From NCBI GenBank assembly GCA_000092065.1, contig CP000583.1: a stretch of 64,000 nucleotides of DNA. The stretch is one strand, 5' to 3'. Shown in pieces: positions 1 to 10,580 of this stretch (positions within the stretch are counted from its first letter, which is position 1; each line of letters opens with the position of its first letter). The DNA is from Ostreococcus lucimarinus (taxonomy: Eukaryota). The notes beneath the pieces were generated by a model. That model saw nothing but the letters and a program-made list of their open reading frames with translations, was not told the DNA's origin and made no database searches. A program made the translations under genes and the position numbers.

Positions 1-1068
1 ATGCCACCGTTGCCCGAGGAGACGTCAGAGAACGTTTTGAAAGTAGTCAAAGAGTACGGATTAAACGGTAGAGGATGGTGGCTTGAAAATCTTCAACCGT
101 CAGAAAATCCGTGCGCGACGACGGACGCTGTCCTCGCGTGGGCTTCTCTCGTTGATCGATATCTACAAAAGGTTGCTTCAAGCGTCAAGCCAGAGCGTCT
201 CATTTTGTTACCCACCGGAACCGCGTCGGATGTGAGTGAAGAGGTTTTACTCTCTCTGTTTCGCCCAGGAGTCCAATTAGCTGGGTTAGAGTCTGAAGTT
301 CTCATCATGGGGGAGTTCCCAGACAGAGCATTGGTGAAAGGAGCTGCAGTCGGGGCGCACATAGAACTCCAATCGCGAGCCGCGAGCGGCGTGTTGCGAG
401 ACGCAATTTGCAAAACAGTCACCGAAAGCCCGATTCTACGTGCGCTGACTGACGTTGAGCTCGACTGGGTGTTTAAAAAGCTCGATTCCGATAAAGACGG
501 CGAGATATGCGAAAATGACCTGGTCACTGGCGCGAGATTCTTTGGCGCAAATCTGTCAGTCGCAGAGGTGAATGGCGTGCTTAAGGAGTTACATTGTGGC
601 TTAACAGGAGCAATCACCCGCGAACTCCTCGTCAAGTGGTGGAGCTCAGAAGTGTCTCACGGTATTGTCACTCAAATATCTTCATCTATTGAATTGGATG
701 AAATTCTTGCAGCCTCAAAAGCGGAGATGGAAGTTAGCAATCTCGCTGGTGTCTTAGTGGCGTCGAATGTAGATAAAGTCGTCGTCGTCCAATGTGGGTT
801 TTCATATTGCCGTCCGTGCAAGAAGTTTGAAGCGTCGTATGAGCAAGTCGCGAGGAATTATCCACAGGTGTCGTTCTTAAAAGTAATTGGTGATAGTACC
901 CCAGCTGCCGCACACTTGTGCAAGGATGTTCTCGCAATTCAGTCGACTCCTGACTTTCGCATTTTCAAAGGGGCGACATTAGTGCGTCAATTTACGGGCG
1001 CGAATAAAACTAAGCTCGAAGAAGCTATTAACGCCGCGCTCGAGTATAAGGAATTTACCGTACAGTAG
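1..1068 (+). CDS. EF-hand plus thioredoxin-like (CxxC = C-R-P-C) domain protein; possibly 5'-partial at the window edge
   Basis: 355-aa ORF beginning at nt 1. EF-hand-like loop DSDKDGEICENDL. C-terminal thioredoxin fold motif VVVVQCGFSYCRPCKKF...STPDFRIFKG. Confidence 0.55.
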   Translation: MPPLPEETSENVLKVVKEYGLNGRGWWLENLQPSENPCATTDAVLAWASLVDRYLQKVASSVKPERLILLPTGTASDVSEEVLLSLFRPGVQLAGLESEVLIMGEFPDRALVKGAAVGAHIELQSRAASGVLRDAICKTVTESPILRALTDVELDWVFKKLDSDKDGEICENDLVTGARFFGANLSVAEVNGVLKELHCGLTGAITRELLVKWWSSEVSHGIVTQISSSIELDEILAASKAEMEVSNLAGVLVASNVDKVVVVQCGFSYCRPCKKFEASYEQVARNYPQVSFLKVIGDSTPAAAHLCKDVLAIQSTPDFRIFKGATLVRQFTGANKTKLEEAINAALEYKEFTVQ

Positions 1069-1104
1069 CAAATCCGTAATCATAGCAGCTAGCATGATTG
1101 TCAA

Positions 1105-3156
1105 CTACAAATCTATTTGCAAGTCAGTCCAGTCCCCAAGCCCGTTTAGGATTTCGTTCAAACGCGCTTCAACTCGAGCGCGATCGTCGAGGTTACCAAT
1201 ATCTTGAAATTTTGCTCGTGACGGATGCCAAACTATTATATTCGATTTGTGATCCTCGAATACTTCGTTCCATTGAAAAGCATCCACGACTCGCTCGCTG
1301 GCCTCAACAAATGCCAATAACTTTTCACTCTTGAAATCTTTCGCAAAATCTCTGAAGCTAGAGTTACTGTCTGATTCAAGCACCATGGCTATGTAAACAC
1401 TTTTCTCCTTCAGACGTGTGCCATGAACATCGACAAGGTTGACTATCTGTGGTTTTCGAGAAGTTTGTTTTGCCGTCTTACGCATCGCCGGCGCGCGAAT
1501 CACCAAAACTCTGAACCACCCAGCGGCAACAATCGCAAAAATAGTGCCGACTAAAGGTAAAATTCCATTTTCTAAGCAAAAGAACCATAAACTCTCGGCC
1601 ATGTCGGAGACATCTGTGCGTAGCGCTTTCATCAAGAGCCTCCAATCAATGGGTGCTCCAGGGATTGGGAAAAGAAGGTGCGCATCAAATTCCGCGGCTG
1701 GTAAGCCTTCTTCTGTTACCAAGACGCGAGATATCCATGCCACGAGTGTGTCACGAGTGCTCCAATCTTTCAGCTGATCGTAATATACGTGCCCACGTTT
1801 ACCGCGGTGAAACATAAGGGCGACTAATTGCGTTCCATTTGCAAACGTCTTGACAAATTTTTTATTTCGCAATCCATCAATCCATCCGAAAGCCACTTCA
1901 TCTTCCGTCAAAGATAACTTACCACTACTTCTAACGTTAGCAAGCTCTTGCATTAAGCGCACAAAAGACGGGCTCCTTTTACTGCCGACCGCTACGAAAC
2001 ACACTCTCGTCAATCCCCCCGGCTCGCAACCGACTCCATGAGCATTGGACGCGGTTAGTCTAGGAATGACTTGAAATCTATACTGGGCTAAAGTTAGCCG
2101 TATTTTATCTTTCGAGTTCACATTGTCGACGACAGTGCGGTCGAAATCCCTGAAGATGATCATCGCGGGTTCCTTCTTTACGCCCAAATCCTGTTCCCAA
2201 AATTTGGTGTCACCAGTCTCGTAGTCTACCCATACAACGTCGACATCCGCGCTGTACTCTTCAGCCAAGTATCGCACCATCAATGGCGGTCGTTTAGAAG
2301 AAACGTACACAAATTTTACCTTATCTTCATAGGAAGTCATCGATTGCACATCGTTTGGGGTGATGGCAACAAGATCTGGTAACGTCAGCATTTTCTTGCC
2401 GACAAAGGACAGGAGTAAGTTCACCTTAATACTACCGCGATATCTTTTGATGCAAGAGTAATGCCGACAATTTGGACGTACACCAACAATAACGGGTAGG
2501 TCTGATCGACGAATGGGACGAGAAAATAAGCCACTGCTCCCTAACAATTGCACGAGCCGAGGCGATGTGAGAGTGTTTACCCGTCCAAAGTTTGCCACGC
2601 CGTTGGTCATCCTCGAAGCCTGCTCCCATACTGGCCCCGCTCTGTGGCATGAATCGCTCGCATCATCGTATATTTGTATTAACCACGTCTTTTGGCTCCT
2701 GAAAACGAGTTTTTCGATGTTCTTTTCGTTCAACAAAGTGGTTTCAGAAGCAATCAGTTCCGCCTCTTGGAAGCCGCTTTGCTGTCGAAGGCCTTCTTGC
2801 GTTGATCCCGAGTCCCAGGTGCCACGTCCGCGGAACCCAGCACCTTGATTCGTTTGTGTTTCAGATTCGTCCAAATATATCTGCAAATCGTACACGCGTT
2901 TACTTTCTTCATCCGACAACACTGCGTAAGCCTTTTGTATCTCAACGAACCGTTCGCCAGCCTTCGCTTTCTCGACGTCGTCAACGTTTCTTTGCTTATC
3001 TGGGTGGTAAATGAGCGATAGGGAACGATACGCTTTCTTAATATCTCCCGCACCCGCCCCCCGTTCGAGTCCTAGGGCACCGTACAAGTCGTTCGCGCCC
3101 TCGCAAACTCGCACGTGAACGCAAAACAGAAAGGCGAGTACTAGAAAGCGCCGCAT
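1105..3156 (-). CDS. ER-lumenal DnaJ protein, DNAJC16-like: signal peptide, J domain, degenerate Trx-like domain, C-terminal TM
   Basis: ATG at 3156 (MRRFLVLAFLFCVHVRVCEGA signal peptide). J domain DLYGALGL...IYHPDK...KAYAVLSDEESKRVYD. Trx-like stretch IQIYDDASDSCHRAGPVWEQAS. TM ILPLVGTIFAIVAAGWFRVLVI near the C-terminus. Confidence 0.65.
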   Translation of the reverse strand: MRRFLVLAFLFCVHVRVCEGANDLYGALGLERGAGAGDIKKAYRSLSLIYHPDKQRNVDDVEKAKAGERFVEIQKAYAVLSDEESKRVYDLQIYLDESETQTNQGAGFRGRGTWDSGSTQEGLRQQSGFQEAELIASETTLLNEKNIEKLVFRSQKTWLIQIYDDASDSCHRAGPVWEQASRMTNGVANFGRVNTLTSPRLVQLLGSSGLFSRPIRRSDLPVIVGVRPNCRHYSCIKRYRGSIKVNLLLSFVGKKMLTLPDLVAITPNDVQSMTSYEDKVKFVYVSSKRPPLMVRYLAEEYSADVDVVWVDYETGDTKFWEQDLGVKKEPAMIIFRDFDRTVVDNVNSKDKIRLTLAQYRFQVIPRLTASNAHGVGCEPGGLTRVCFVAVGSKRSPSFVRLMQELANVRSSGKLSLTEDEVAFGWIDGLRNKKFVKTFANGTQLVALMFHRGKRGHVYYDQLKDWSTRDTLVAWISRVLVTEEGLPAAEFDAHLLFPIPGAPIDWRLLMKALRTDVSDMAESLWFFCLENGILPLVGTIFAIVAAGWFRVLVIRAPAMRKTAKQTSRKPQIVNLVDVHGTRLKEKSVYIAMVLESDSNSSFRDFAKDFKSEKLLAFVEASERVVDAFQWNEVFEDHKSNIIVWHPSRAKFQDIGNLDDRARVEARLNEILNGLGDWTDLQIDL

Positions 3157-3343
3157 CTTGCGCAGTGTCGCTGAATCACGCGCGATTTGGGCGACGACAC
3201 GAGCGTGCACGACGCTTCAATACTTTATCTCTTCATTTTTTATCCTCAAGGCGGCCGATAACGAATCGCGTTTCGGAGTGCGGGGATGGATGTCTGCGCG
3301 CGCGCTCGGTGTCGCGCGCTGGGGTTTGGGCTCTGTTAACAAT

Positions 3344-4786
3344 CTAATCTTCCTCGTCTAATGCCCCCGAGTACTCCGCGATGGCGTCCAAGGGAAGCAT
3401 GTGCGCTTCAAAATCATCGCTTAGCTGGATAGATGCCGTGTCAGTTGACTTATTCTTCTCGAGGAGCTTGCCGCGCCTGCCGCGGAACTTTCCTGAGACG
3501 ACACAAATGCGCCCACCGGGCTTCGGTACAACCGTCTCCAGCGCGCTTTGACTAACTTCGATCGTAGTTCCGTTTTCTTCTAGTTGTAGCATGCACTCGG
3601 TTGGGGTCAAAACGTCCACAACGACTCCCTTCATGAGGTAGAATTGTCCACGTTTAAAGCTTTTGCTCACAACCCGCACACGAATGTTGGCAAACAACCA
3701 AGGCTTTGCCGACATTTCGGAGTCTTTACCTGCATCACTTCTACCACGCTTCTCCCCAACTTTTGCATATTGACTTTCATGCATCTCTGCAAGTTCACTA
3801 GACCTAACTGTCACTACTTTACCGCTATTGGTGAGCTCAACGCTGACTTTCCCGTCGGACATTCGCAAAACGCGCCCAGATACGCCTGCATGACGTCCAT
3901 CGACGATGTACATGAGCTTGCCTTCGCGCGGTCCAAGCTCTTGGCGCCTAACAAGCTTCTCATCTAACGTTTTTACATTCCTCAGTCCCGCATTAGCCAT
4001 CATTTGTGGGTCTCGCACCATGTCAGCCTTCTTCTTGCGAGAATCACCCGGTTTGATGTACTTCTTCTGTGGCTCATCTTTCTCCACCGGTTGAGCACCC
4101 AAGCCAAGACGGCCAGGTCGTGGAATAAATTCTACCGCTTCGACCATACCCTTATGCATTCGACCGACTGCCTTACCCTCCTCCCAACCCATGCCGCGCA
4201 ACATCGCTTTGCCAAAATCCTCAATTGGCATGTCCTCGTATTCGTCCATCGATGCTTGATTCGGTAAATCTTCCATATCTTCCTTGAACGCTTGAAGCTC
4301 CTTCTCTTGCAAACTTCTACCTATGAAACTCTCCCTCGCGCGATCTTCGTTGCTTATCTTGGGTGCGGCGGAGCCGTCTTTCGGCCCCATCTTCGTCAAC
4401 CCATATGATACACCTTTCTGAGCCACCTCACCACCACCCGCCGCGATGGTTTCCGCCACGTGGAATCGCTTCTGATCTTGTTCTATTTCTTCCTTTGTTG
4501 GTAGAAAACTTGGTGCCTGCGTGAGAAAATTACATTCGTCAGCAGTCGCTTTGTCTCGAGCTCGTCGCGTCCCTACACTCACCTTTCTTTGTCGTCCCGT
4601 GCCCACTTCGAACGTATTCGCAATCTTAGGGATGACCTTCACCTCTGTCACTTTCTCCTTCTTCGTCCCCTCCAGCGCGTTATCGTTGACGGCGGTGAGG
4701 TAATCCACGTCTTCCTTTGCCTCCTCGTGCTGCACGGCCACCTTCACCTGCGGCGCCTTCTTTTTCGTGAACGCGAAAGATTGCAT
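3344..4786 (-). CDS. GPKOW: G-patch and KOW-motif protein (GPKOW/SPP2-like splicing factor)
   Basis: G-patch MLRGMGWEEGKAVGRMHKGMVEAVEFIPRPGRLGLG. Two KOW motifs (GKLMYIVDGRHAGVSGRVLRM...; KFRGRRGKLLEKNK...). ATG re-anchored to 4786 (MQSFAFTKKK). Confidence 0.7.
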   Translation of the reverse strand: MQSFAFTKKKAPQVKVAVQHEEAKEDVDYLTAVNDNALEGTKKEKVTEVKVIPKIANTFEVGTGRQRKVSVGTRRARDKATADECNFLTQAPSFLPTKEEIEQDQKRFHVAETIAAGGGEVAQKGVSYGLTKMGPKDGSAAPKISNEDRARESFIGRSLQEKELQAFKEDMEDLPNQASMDEYEDMPIEDFGKAMLRGMGWEEGKAVGRMHKGMVEAVEFIPRPGRLGLGAQPVEKDEPQKKYIKPGDSRKKKADMVRDPQMMANAGLRNVKTLDEKLVRRQELGPREGKLMYIVDGRHAGVSGRVLRMSDGKVSVELTNSGKVVTVRSSELAEMHESQYAKVGEKRGRSDAGKDSEMSAKPWLFANIRVRVVSKSFKRGQFYLMKGVVVDVLTPTECMLQLEENGTTIEVSQSALETVVPKPGGRICVVSGKFRGRRGKLLEKNKSTDTASIQLSDDFEAHMLPLDAIAEYSGALDEED

Positions 4787-5059
4787 GGCGTGCGTGGGGA
4801 TCAGCCTACCGTCGAACAACTGCACGCGATATGCCCTATTGCGGTGCGCGCCTCTCGCGCGATTCTGTTCGCAACGCGCCCGGCACTGCGGACGAATGCG
4901 GCGAAAGTTTCGCAAGGCAACGACGGAGCGGGGGCGGAATTGAATGCACGAACCGCACTGCGCGTCGCTCGAGTGGGTGTGTCGAGCGTCGTCGTTCTCA
5001 AGGCGAGAAGAACATCAAGAGTGCGCGACTCAACCAATCGAACCTCGCGCGCGATCAGG

Positions 5060-6043
5060 ATGGCGGACGAAAAGCCGACTTTGCTGGAGCACGAGTGGGT
5101 GGAATTCAGTGCCAGAGTCAGAAGAGTGTGCAAACGCTCAGCGGCGCTCACGCTGAGTGCGGCGATAATTTCGTTTGGGTTACTCATCGCGTCGATCACG
5201 TGTGTGTTCGCGCTGCGATATATCGTCGTTCCGCGCGGTCCGGCGTCGCTCTCGCAAGATCTAGTGTTCGACTACACCGCCGCGGCGCCGGTGGCGAGAG
5301 TGAGTTTCATACCGCAGAAGTTCGCAAATACGGGCGAATCGAAACCGCGGAAAGGACGAATTGTGAGCGCGAAGCAAAACTTTGACGTGGACATCGAGTT
5401 TGTCGTCCCAGACAGCGAGTATAACGTAAACGTTGGTATGTTTCAAGTGAATGCAAAGTTGCTGACTCCAAGTGGGAAAACTTTACTCGAGAGATCTCGA
5501 CCTGGAATCGTGAAATACACGTCCAAGGAAGTGAAATGGCTCAAAACAATTGTATGGTGGCCGTTTCACGCTCTGGGGTTGATTGAAGAGCAGCAAAACG
5601 TGCGCGTCGCAATGGTACAAAACTACAAAGAAGATAGTGAGTCTCCGTTCACGGACATTGAAGTGACAATGAAACCGCACGCTGGAAGTGCCAGGTTACC
5701 GCAAATATATGAGGCCCGCGCAATCGTTCATTTAAGTATGAATTTTGTTGCCAAGCTGCTATATTTCTACCCCATCGCGTCGTCCTTTGTTCTCGTTGGG
5801 CTGTTCTGGTCGGGTTTCAGCTTTGCCGCCTTTGTGTCGACGGTCATTTCTTTGCTTATCATGGGGAGTAAAATCGACGAAAAAGATGCAGAATCTCCCA
5901 TGAAACCGGACGAGATCGGAAAATACGCTAGAGCGATCGCGGATGCGATGGATTCCGCCGAAAGCTCGCAGGCACCGGCGCATACGACAAACGGGATGAT
6001 GGACGAAGGTTTGCGGCGGCGAAATGTCTCTCCGTCATCTTAG
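5060..6043 (+). CDS. Seipin-like ER membrane protein
   Basis: N-terminal TM (LTLSAAIISFGLLIASITCVFAL), a luminal beta-rich core (...NVNVGMFQVNAKLLTPSGKTL...WPFHALGL...), and a C-terminal TM (FVLVGLFWSGFSFAAFVSTVISLLIMG). ATG at 5060 (MADEKPTLLEHEW). Confidence 0.5.
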   Translation: MADEKPTLLEHEWVEFSARVRRVCKRSAALTLSAAIISFGLLIASITCVFALRYIVVPRGPASLSQDLVFDYTAAAPVARVSFIPQKFANTGESKPRKGRIVSAKQNFDVDIEFVVPDSEYNVNVGMFQVNAKLLTPSGKTLLERSRPGIVKYTSKEVKWLKTIVWWPFHALGLIEEQQNVRVAMVQNYKEDSESPFTDIEVTMKPHAGSARLPQIYEARAIVHLSMNFVAKLLYFYPIASSFVLVGLFWSGFSFAAFVSTVISLLIMGSKIDEKDAESPMKPDEIGKYARAIADAMDSAESSQAPAHTTNGMMDEGLRRRNVSPSS

Positions 6044-6125
6044 TGTTAATTCATTCTTTCATTAGTCGAAGCATACGGTACGCTTGTAAATCATTTCTAG
6101 TACAGCTAATCGTAAACGTAACATT

Positions 6126-6998
6126 TCATTTCTTTTGCACCTTCTCTTCCACAAACTCGTCGATCAAGTATGGCCATGCGTCGTTGGAATCATAAGTGTC
6201 CAAATTCTCGCCCACTTGTCGACTAAACTGAAGAACTTGCGACCAGGTGTCGTTCGAGATGGCCTTGCCGTGATTCTTCTCCAGAAAGTCGCACCATTCA
6301 TCCGTAAAGCACCATTTGTCCGCCATCAAAACTTTCCACAAACCGATGGCGGTATCGAGTGACAGCGCCTTCGCGTTTGGTTCCTTAGCGAAGCCAAACG
6401 TAAACTCGTACACATCCTTGAAGGCATTCGGCCTGGTGAGCTCACTTCTCAGTGCATCCATTTTTGCCTTTAATTTAGCCACGGAATCGCACTCCAAATC
6501 CATCATTCCTCGAGTAAACTCCTCCTTTGTGTATTTCCCCATCGTCTCGGCGTCCATCTTCAGTGAAAGCACGAGCGTCACTGGATCGAAAGGATCCACA
6601 CCTAAATCTTTGCAGAGCTGAATGATACCCTCCGCTTCGATTCTCTGCTCTTGCTGGTCGTCTTGGGCTTTGTACACATCGAACATCGCGTCAATACCGG
6701 CCGAGTTAGTGGAAGACCTTTTCGAACTCTTCGAGCGTGCCGAGTAAAAGTACACCTCGAACGCGCTTTCCATGTTCCAAGACGCCTCTTTGAGCGCGTG
6801 AATCGATGCACTCTCATCACTCGTATCCGCGACTTCCATAAATCGTCGCACGATAGCTTTTTGGTTCTTGTTGAGCTTATTCTGTTCGTCAAAGTGCGCG
6901 GTCAGTGATTTAAATTCATCTTTCACGAGTCTTCGTTCGCGCGAGCGCTGCACAGAGTGTGCTTTCAAGGTAACTGGCAATGTGAGAGTGCGTACCAT
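6126..6998 (-). CDS. DCN1-like cullin neddylation protein (UBA-like N-terminus plus PONY domain)
   Basis: PONY-domain matches CKDLGVDPFDPVTLVLSLKMDAETMGKYTKEEF...NDAWPYLIDEFVEE. ATG at 6998. Confidence 0.75.
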   Translation of the reverse strand: MVRTLTLPVTLKAHSVQRSRERRLVKDEFKSLTAHFDEQNKLNKNQKAIVRRFMEVADTSDESASIHALKEASWNMESAFEVYFYSARSKSSKRSSTNSAGIDAMFDVYKAQDDQQEQRIEAEGIIQLCKDLGVDPFDPVTLVLSLKMDAETMGKYTKEEFTRGMMDLECDSVAKLKAKMDALRSELTRPNAFKDVYEFTFGFAKEPNAKALSLDTAIGLWKVLMADKWCFTDEWCDFLEKNHGKAISNDTWSQVLQFSRQVGENLDTYDSNDAWPYLIDEFVEEKVQKK

Positions 6999-7236
6999 GG
7001 TGCCAACTATCTCTCACTCTCGTCTTTGACGCCGTTCATAGACGTACGCGACAGGCGTGCGAGCGCTTATGACGATGGTCGCTGTCTCCTTGTCCAAGGC
7101 GCGTCGCATTGGTTTTTCAGAATGCGCGGTAAAATCGACGACGTCTGCAGACGAATTTGCACGATGGGAATGGCTTTGAGAATGACAAGGTATACTATTT
7201 ACATCGCGTGGTGTCATGTCTTCGAAGAAGCGAATA

Positions 7237-8595
7237 CTACACTTGCGTCGGCGCGGCGCCGCGCAGAGGAGGGCTCGTGATGATTTCGAGCTTGCGCTGC
7301 AAGTACGCAGCAGAGACCAAGAACAACGAGCACATAGCAAACATGGCCGTCAGAGGGAACAAAGCCACGTTGTACAAAATAATACAGACGAAGAGGTTGA
7401 GTGGGATTCTGAAGCAGTTCATCACCGTGCTTCTGATTTCCTCGGGAACGTACGTCGCGCGCATCTTCATCATGCTTGGCCAGAAAATTCCAACCAAACA
7501 TTCAAAGACTAGAAACCCGAGCATCGTGATTTGCCCCTCGAGCGTAATCGACTGCCCCGGAGTATAGTTCGCTTGGAACGGGAAAATCTTGAGCACGATG
7601 GGCAACGCCAAGGATGCGGCGGACGCCAAGAAGACGTATTGCATATACTTCTCCGGTCGTAAGTCCTTGTCTCCCAAGAGCTGACCCGCGAAAGATGAAC
7701 CGATCATGCACGCGACCATCATGGTCGCGAAAATCATCCCATGAGGAATGATTTCGTCGTTCGGGCTCAGGGCGGGGGTCCACAAAAAGACGAACGAATA
7801 CATCGCCGCCTCGAAGAGCGACTGCATCGCACCAAGATACAGCACCTTCTTGTCGTTGAAAATGGCATGCTTCGCCGCCGAGAAACTGGCTTCGAGAGAA
7901 ACGTTAGCATTTACGGCGCCTCTATTTTCTGTCCACGTCAAAGCGATGATAACACCACCGATTGCCAAAAACGTAGCCGCGGCGTCAAACGGCGCAACGG
8001 GACCAAAGTTCATATCAGTCACCAAATAGTTCGCCAACAAGCCCGCGACGATCGACACCACACCGTTGCCGATGAAGATCGCTTTTGAAAACGTCCCATT
8101 CAACCACTCCGGGTCGTAGTTCCGAGAGAAGTGTTCGGACACGAGCCAAGATTCGAACGCGGTGAACAACAGCGACGTCGCGATGCCGCCAAAAAAGCGA
8201 CCGAGCATGAGCACGCCGTAATCACTCCAGTGCTTCGTGATGCAGGACGCGATGTACGTGGCGACATATGTTAAACCCGCGAGCTTACGTCCATATCTGT
8301 CCGCTAAACTACCCACGATGGTTCCGAAAATCATACTCGACCCGAAACCAGCGATGAAGAGTTTCCCGATATCTCCGGTGCCGTATCCGTAGTGTTTGTA
8401 CAGCGCGTACACGTACGGTCCTTGCAACCAATCCCCAGCCATCATCAACGCGTACACGACCAAGTAATTGGTCCTAAACGCCAAGAAATTCGCCGGTAAA
8501 CTCGCCCCCTTCCCGCTCGTCGGACGCTTTCGCACCTCGAGCGCCGCGCACACGGACGCGAGGGCGCCGAATGTGAGCACATAAAACGACTCCAT
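7237..8595 (-). CDS. MFS_5-family transporter (molybdate-anion transporter/MFSD5-like)
   Basis: 452 aa, about 12 TM helices. N-terminus MESFYVLTFGALASVCAALE and overall pattern are typical of the MFSD5/MOT2 family. ATG at 8595. Confidence 0.6.
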   Translation of the reverse strand: MESFYVLTFGALASVCAALEVRKRPTSGKGASLPANFLAFRTNYLVVYALMMAGDWLQGPYVYALYKHYGYGTGDIGKLFIAGFGSSMIFGTIVGSLADRYGRKLAGLTYVATYIASCITKHWSDYGVLMLGRFFGGIATSLLFTAFESWLVSEHFSRNYDPEWLNGTFSKAIFIGNGVVSIVAGLLANYLVTDMNFGPVAPFDAAATFLAIGGVIIALTWTENRGAVNANVSLEASFSAAKHAIFNDKKVLYLGAMQSLFEAAMYSFVFLWTPALSPNDEIIPHGMIFATMMVACMIGSSFAGQLLGDKDLRPEKYMQYVFLASAASLALPIVLKIFPFQANYTPGQSITLEGQITMLGFLVFECLVGIFWPSMMKMRATYVPEEIRSTVMNCFRIPLNLFVCIILYNVALFPLTAMFAMCSLFLVSAAYLQRKLEIITSPPLRGAAPTQV

Positions 8596-9665
8596 CGCGC
8601 GCGCGAACCGTCAGCGCGCGAACGACGAAGACGATGCGCGCGCGCTCGATCGCGTCGGTGTTGGCGTCGAGGCGGCGTGTGCGCGCGCGCGCGCGCGTCG
8701 CGCGCGTTCGACGTCAAATGCTCCTCCGAGGACGGGTTTTCGTGAAAACACGCCAGAGATCTCCAGATCTTCGTTTTCACCCTCGAGCGGTTAAATACGT
8801 GACTTGATGGCGAAAAGCCGCCCGCGCCCGAGCCGTCGCGCCGGAGCTTTCTTTGGCATCGCGCGCGCCGAATCCAGGTTGCGCCCTTGGCGTGCGCGCG
8901 ACGCGCGGTGCGACACAACGTGACGTCCGCTCGAAACGAACGCGATGCAATCTTTGACGCACACCCCGCTCAGGTACGACGCACGCGCGACGACGCGCAC
9001 GCGCGACGGCGCGACCGCGACGACCGCGGAACCGCGGACGGTGTTTATCCATCCGCGCGCGGGCGCCATCGGCGATCTCGTAAAATCGCGCGACGCGCGC
9101 GCGCGACGGACGACCGAGGATACTGACAATTGAAAATTTCCTTCTCCAGATCCACGAGCTCGCCGCTCGCGACGCGCCGATCGAAGGCGTCCAGGTGCGT
9201 GACGGACGTAGAACTCGCGCGCCAGCCCGATAAGGAAGGATATCGGGGCTAGACCTCGCGCGCGCGTGCGGGCAGCGTCGAACGCGCGCGCGATGCGGAC
9301 TCGCGATGGAGCGCGGCATCGCACCGTCGGAAATGTTTGCGCCGATGGCGCGCACGCTGGGGAGCATCGCGCGATCGATGCGGGCGTCGTTTGCGTGGGA
9401 TTGGAAACCTGAACGATCGCTTCAATCGACGCTCCTGGCTGGACGCCCAAGGGCGAGTGGGACGACGAGGAGAGAAGAAACGACGACGATGCGGTCGTCT
9501 CGAGAGCGCTCGAATTCAAATGACTAACGCAATGCGCTTGTTTAATCACATCGCAGAGGTGTCGTCGCCACTGCGACGACCGAAGGTCGCAAGACGGCGC
9601 CGCTCGAAACTGGCGGCACGCTGAAGGGTGAAAAAGCGTTCGGTAAGGCTGCGGGCGCCGCGGCC
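8596..9665. promoter_or_regulatory. About 1.07-kb GC-rich divergent promoter island with (CG)n and GCGC-rich tracts between the MFS_5 gene (-) and the LHC-like gene (+)
   Basis: Alternating CG run around 8679-8705 (gtgcgcgcgcgcgcgcgcgtcgcgcgcg). Only arginine-rich low-complexity ORFs on both strands. Confidence 0.4.
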
Positions 9666-10178
9666 ATGACTGGTGCGATCTTCGCCGGTGAACAGTCCCA
9701 GTGGAAGGATCCGCGTTGGAAGAACGGTAACTGGGACCTCGACATGTTCAAGAACGCAGCTGGCGAAGTTGACTGGGATGCCGTGATCGACGCAGAAGTC
9801 GTGCACCGCAAGATGTTGGAGGACAACCCGGCCGTCTATGATGAAGACGGTCTCTTCGATACCTCCATTGTGCCGTGGCAAGTGTGGATGCGCCGATTCC
9901 ATCTTCCGGAGGCGGAGAAGGCGAACGGCCGCGCCGCCATGGTTGGCTACGCGTTTGCGTACCTCATTGACGCCGCCGGCGGCGCCGGTCTCGTTGACTT
10001 GCACAACTCCTTCTTGGGCAAGACTGCCATTTTCGCTACCATCCTTTTCGTCACCCTCGTCCGATCTCTCAAGGACATTGACAACCTCAAGGATCTCGCG
10101 GCTGAAGCTACTTTCTACGATAAGCAGTGGAATGCGTCCTGGGAAGGTGTCGACCGTCCGTCTGAATCGCAGAAGTAA
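9666..10178 (+). CDS. Light-harvesting-like (LIL/OHP/SEP-type) chlorophyll a/b-binding-motif protein; the N-terminal transit peptide may lie on an undetected upstream exon
   Basis: Canonical LHC helix motif PEAEKANGRAAMVGYAFAYLIDAAGG (ExxNGRxAMxG) followed by a second hydrophobic helix. The frame stays open upstream to 9546 with no ATG before 9666. Confidence 0.7.
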   Translation: MTGAIFAGEQSQWKDPRWKNGNWDLDMFKNAAGEVDWDAVIDAEVVHRKMLEDNPAVYDEDGLFDTSIVPWQVWMRRFHLPEAEKANGRAAMVGYAFAYLIDAAGGAGLVDLHNSFLGKTAIFATILFVTLVRSLKDIDNLKDLAAEATFYDKQWNASWEGVDRPSESQK

Positions 10179-10580
10179 ACGCTGAAACGCTTGGCGTGTT
10201 TTCTTTAGGATCGTAGCTGGCTTGCTGAAAGTTTATCGAGCGGAAGTATCGGTGAACTTCAAACAAACATTTTATACAACACATTAATTTGTTACAAACT
10301 CTTCGCATGCGTCATTTGCGTCGTAGGTGACCCCACCGCCGTCTTTGCCCTTTGAGGTGTGCTCCCCAGAAACCACAAAACGTGGCGCTTTGGCTCTGAA
10401 GCACCGCGCGAACCGACCCGGTCGTCGTGCGCGAACGATGACTTACTCACACATACCTTTCGCGCACTGATGCAAGCGCACTTTCCCTCAATCACGAGCG
10501 AGCACCGGCCAACTGCTGTTCGGATTGGGCGCACAAAACACAAGGCGGCACGAAGGCAATCGTCGAGGTTCGTACCGACA

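Noticed and set aside
8445-9549. Several 150-250-aa ORFs on both strands across the GC island. They are arginine/alanine-rich, for example 8791..9549 (-) and 8777..9367 (-).
   Set aside because: Low-complexity composition produced by (CG)n/GCGC repeats being stop-free. Mutually overlapping in multiple frames. No domain-like segments.
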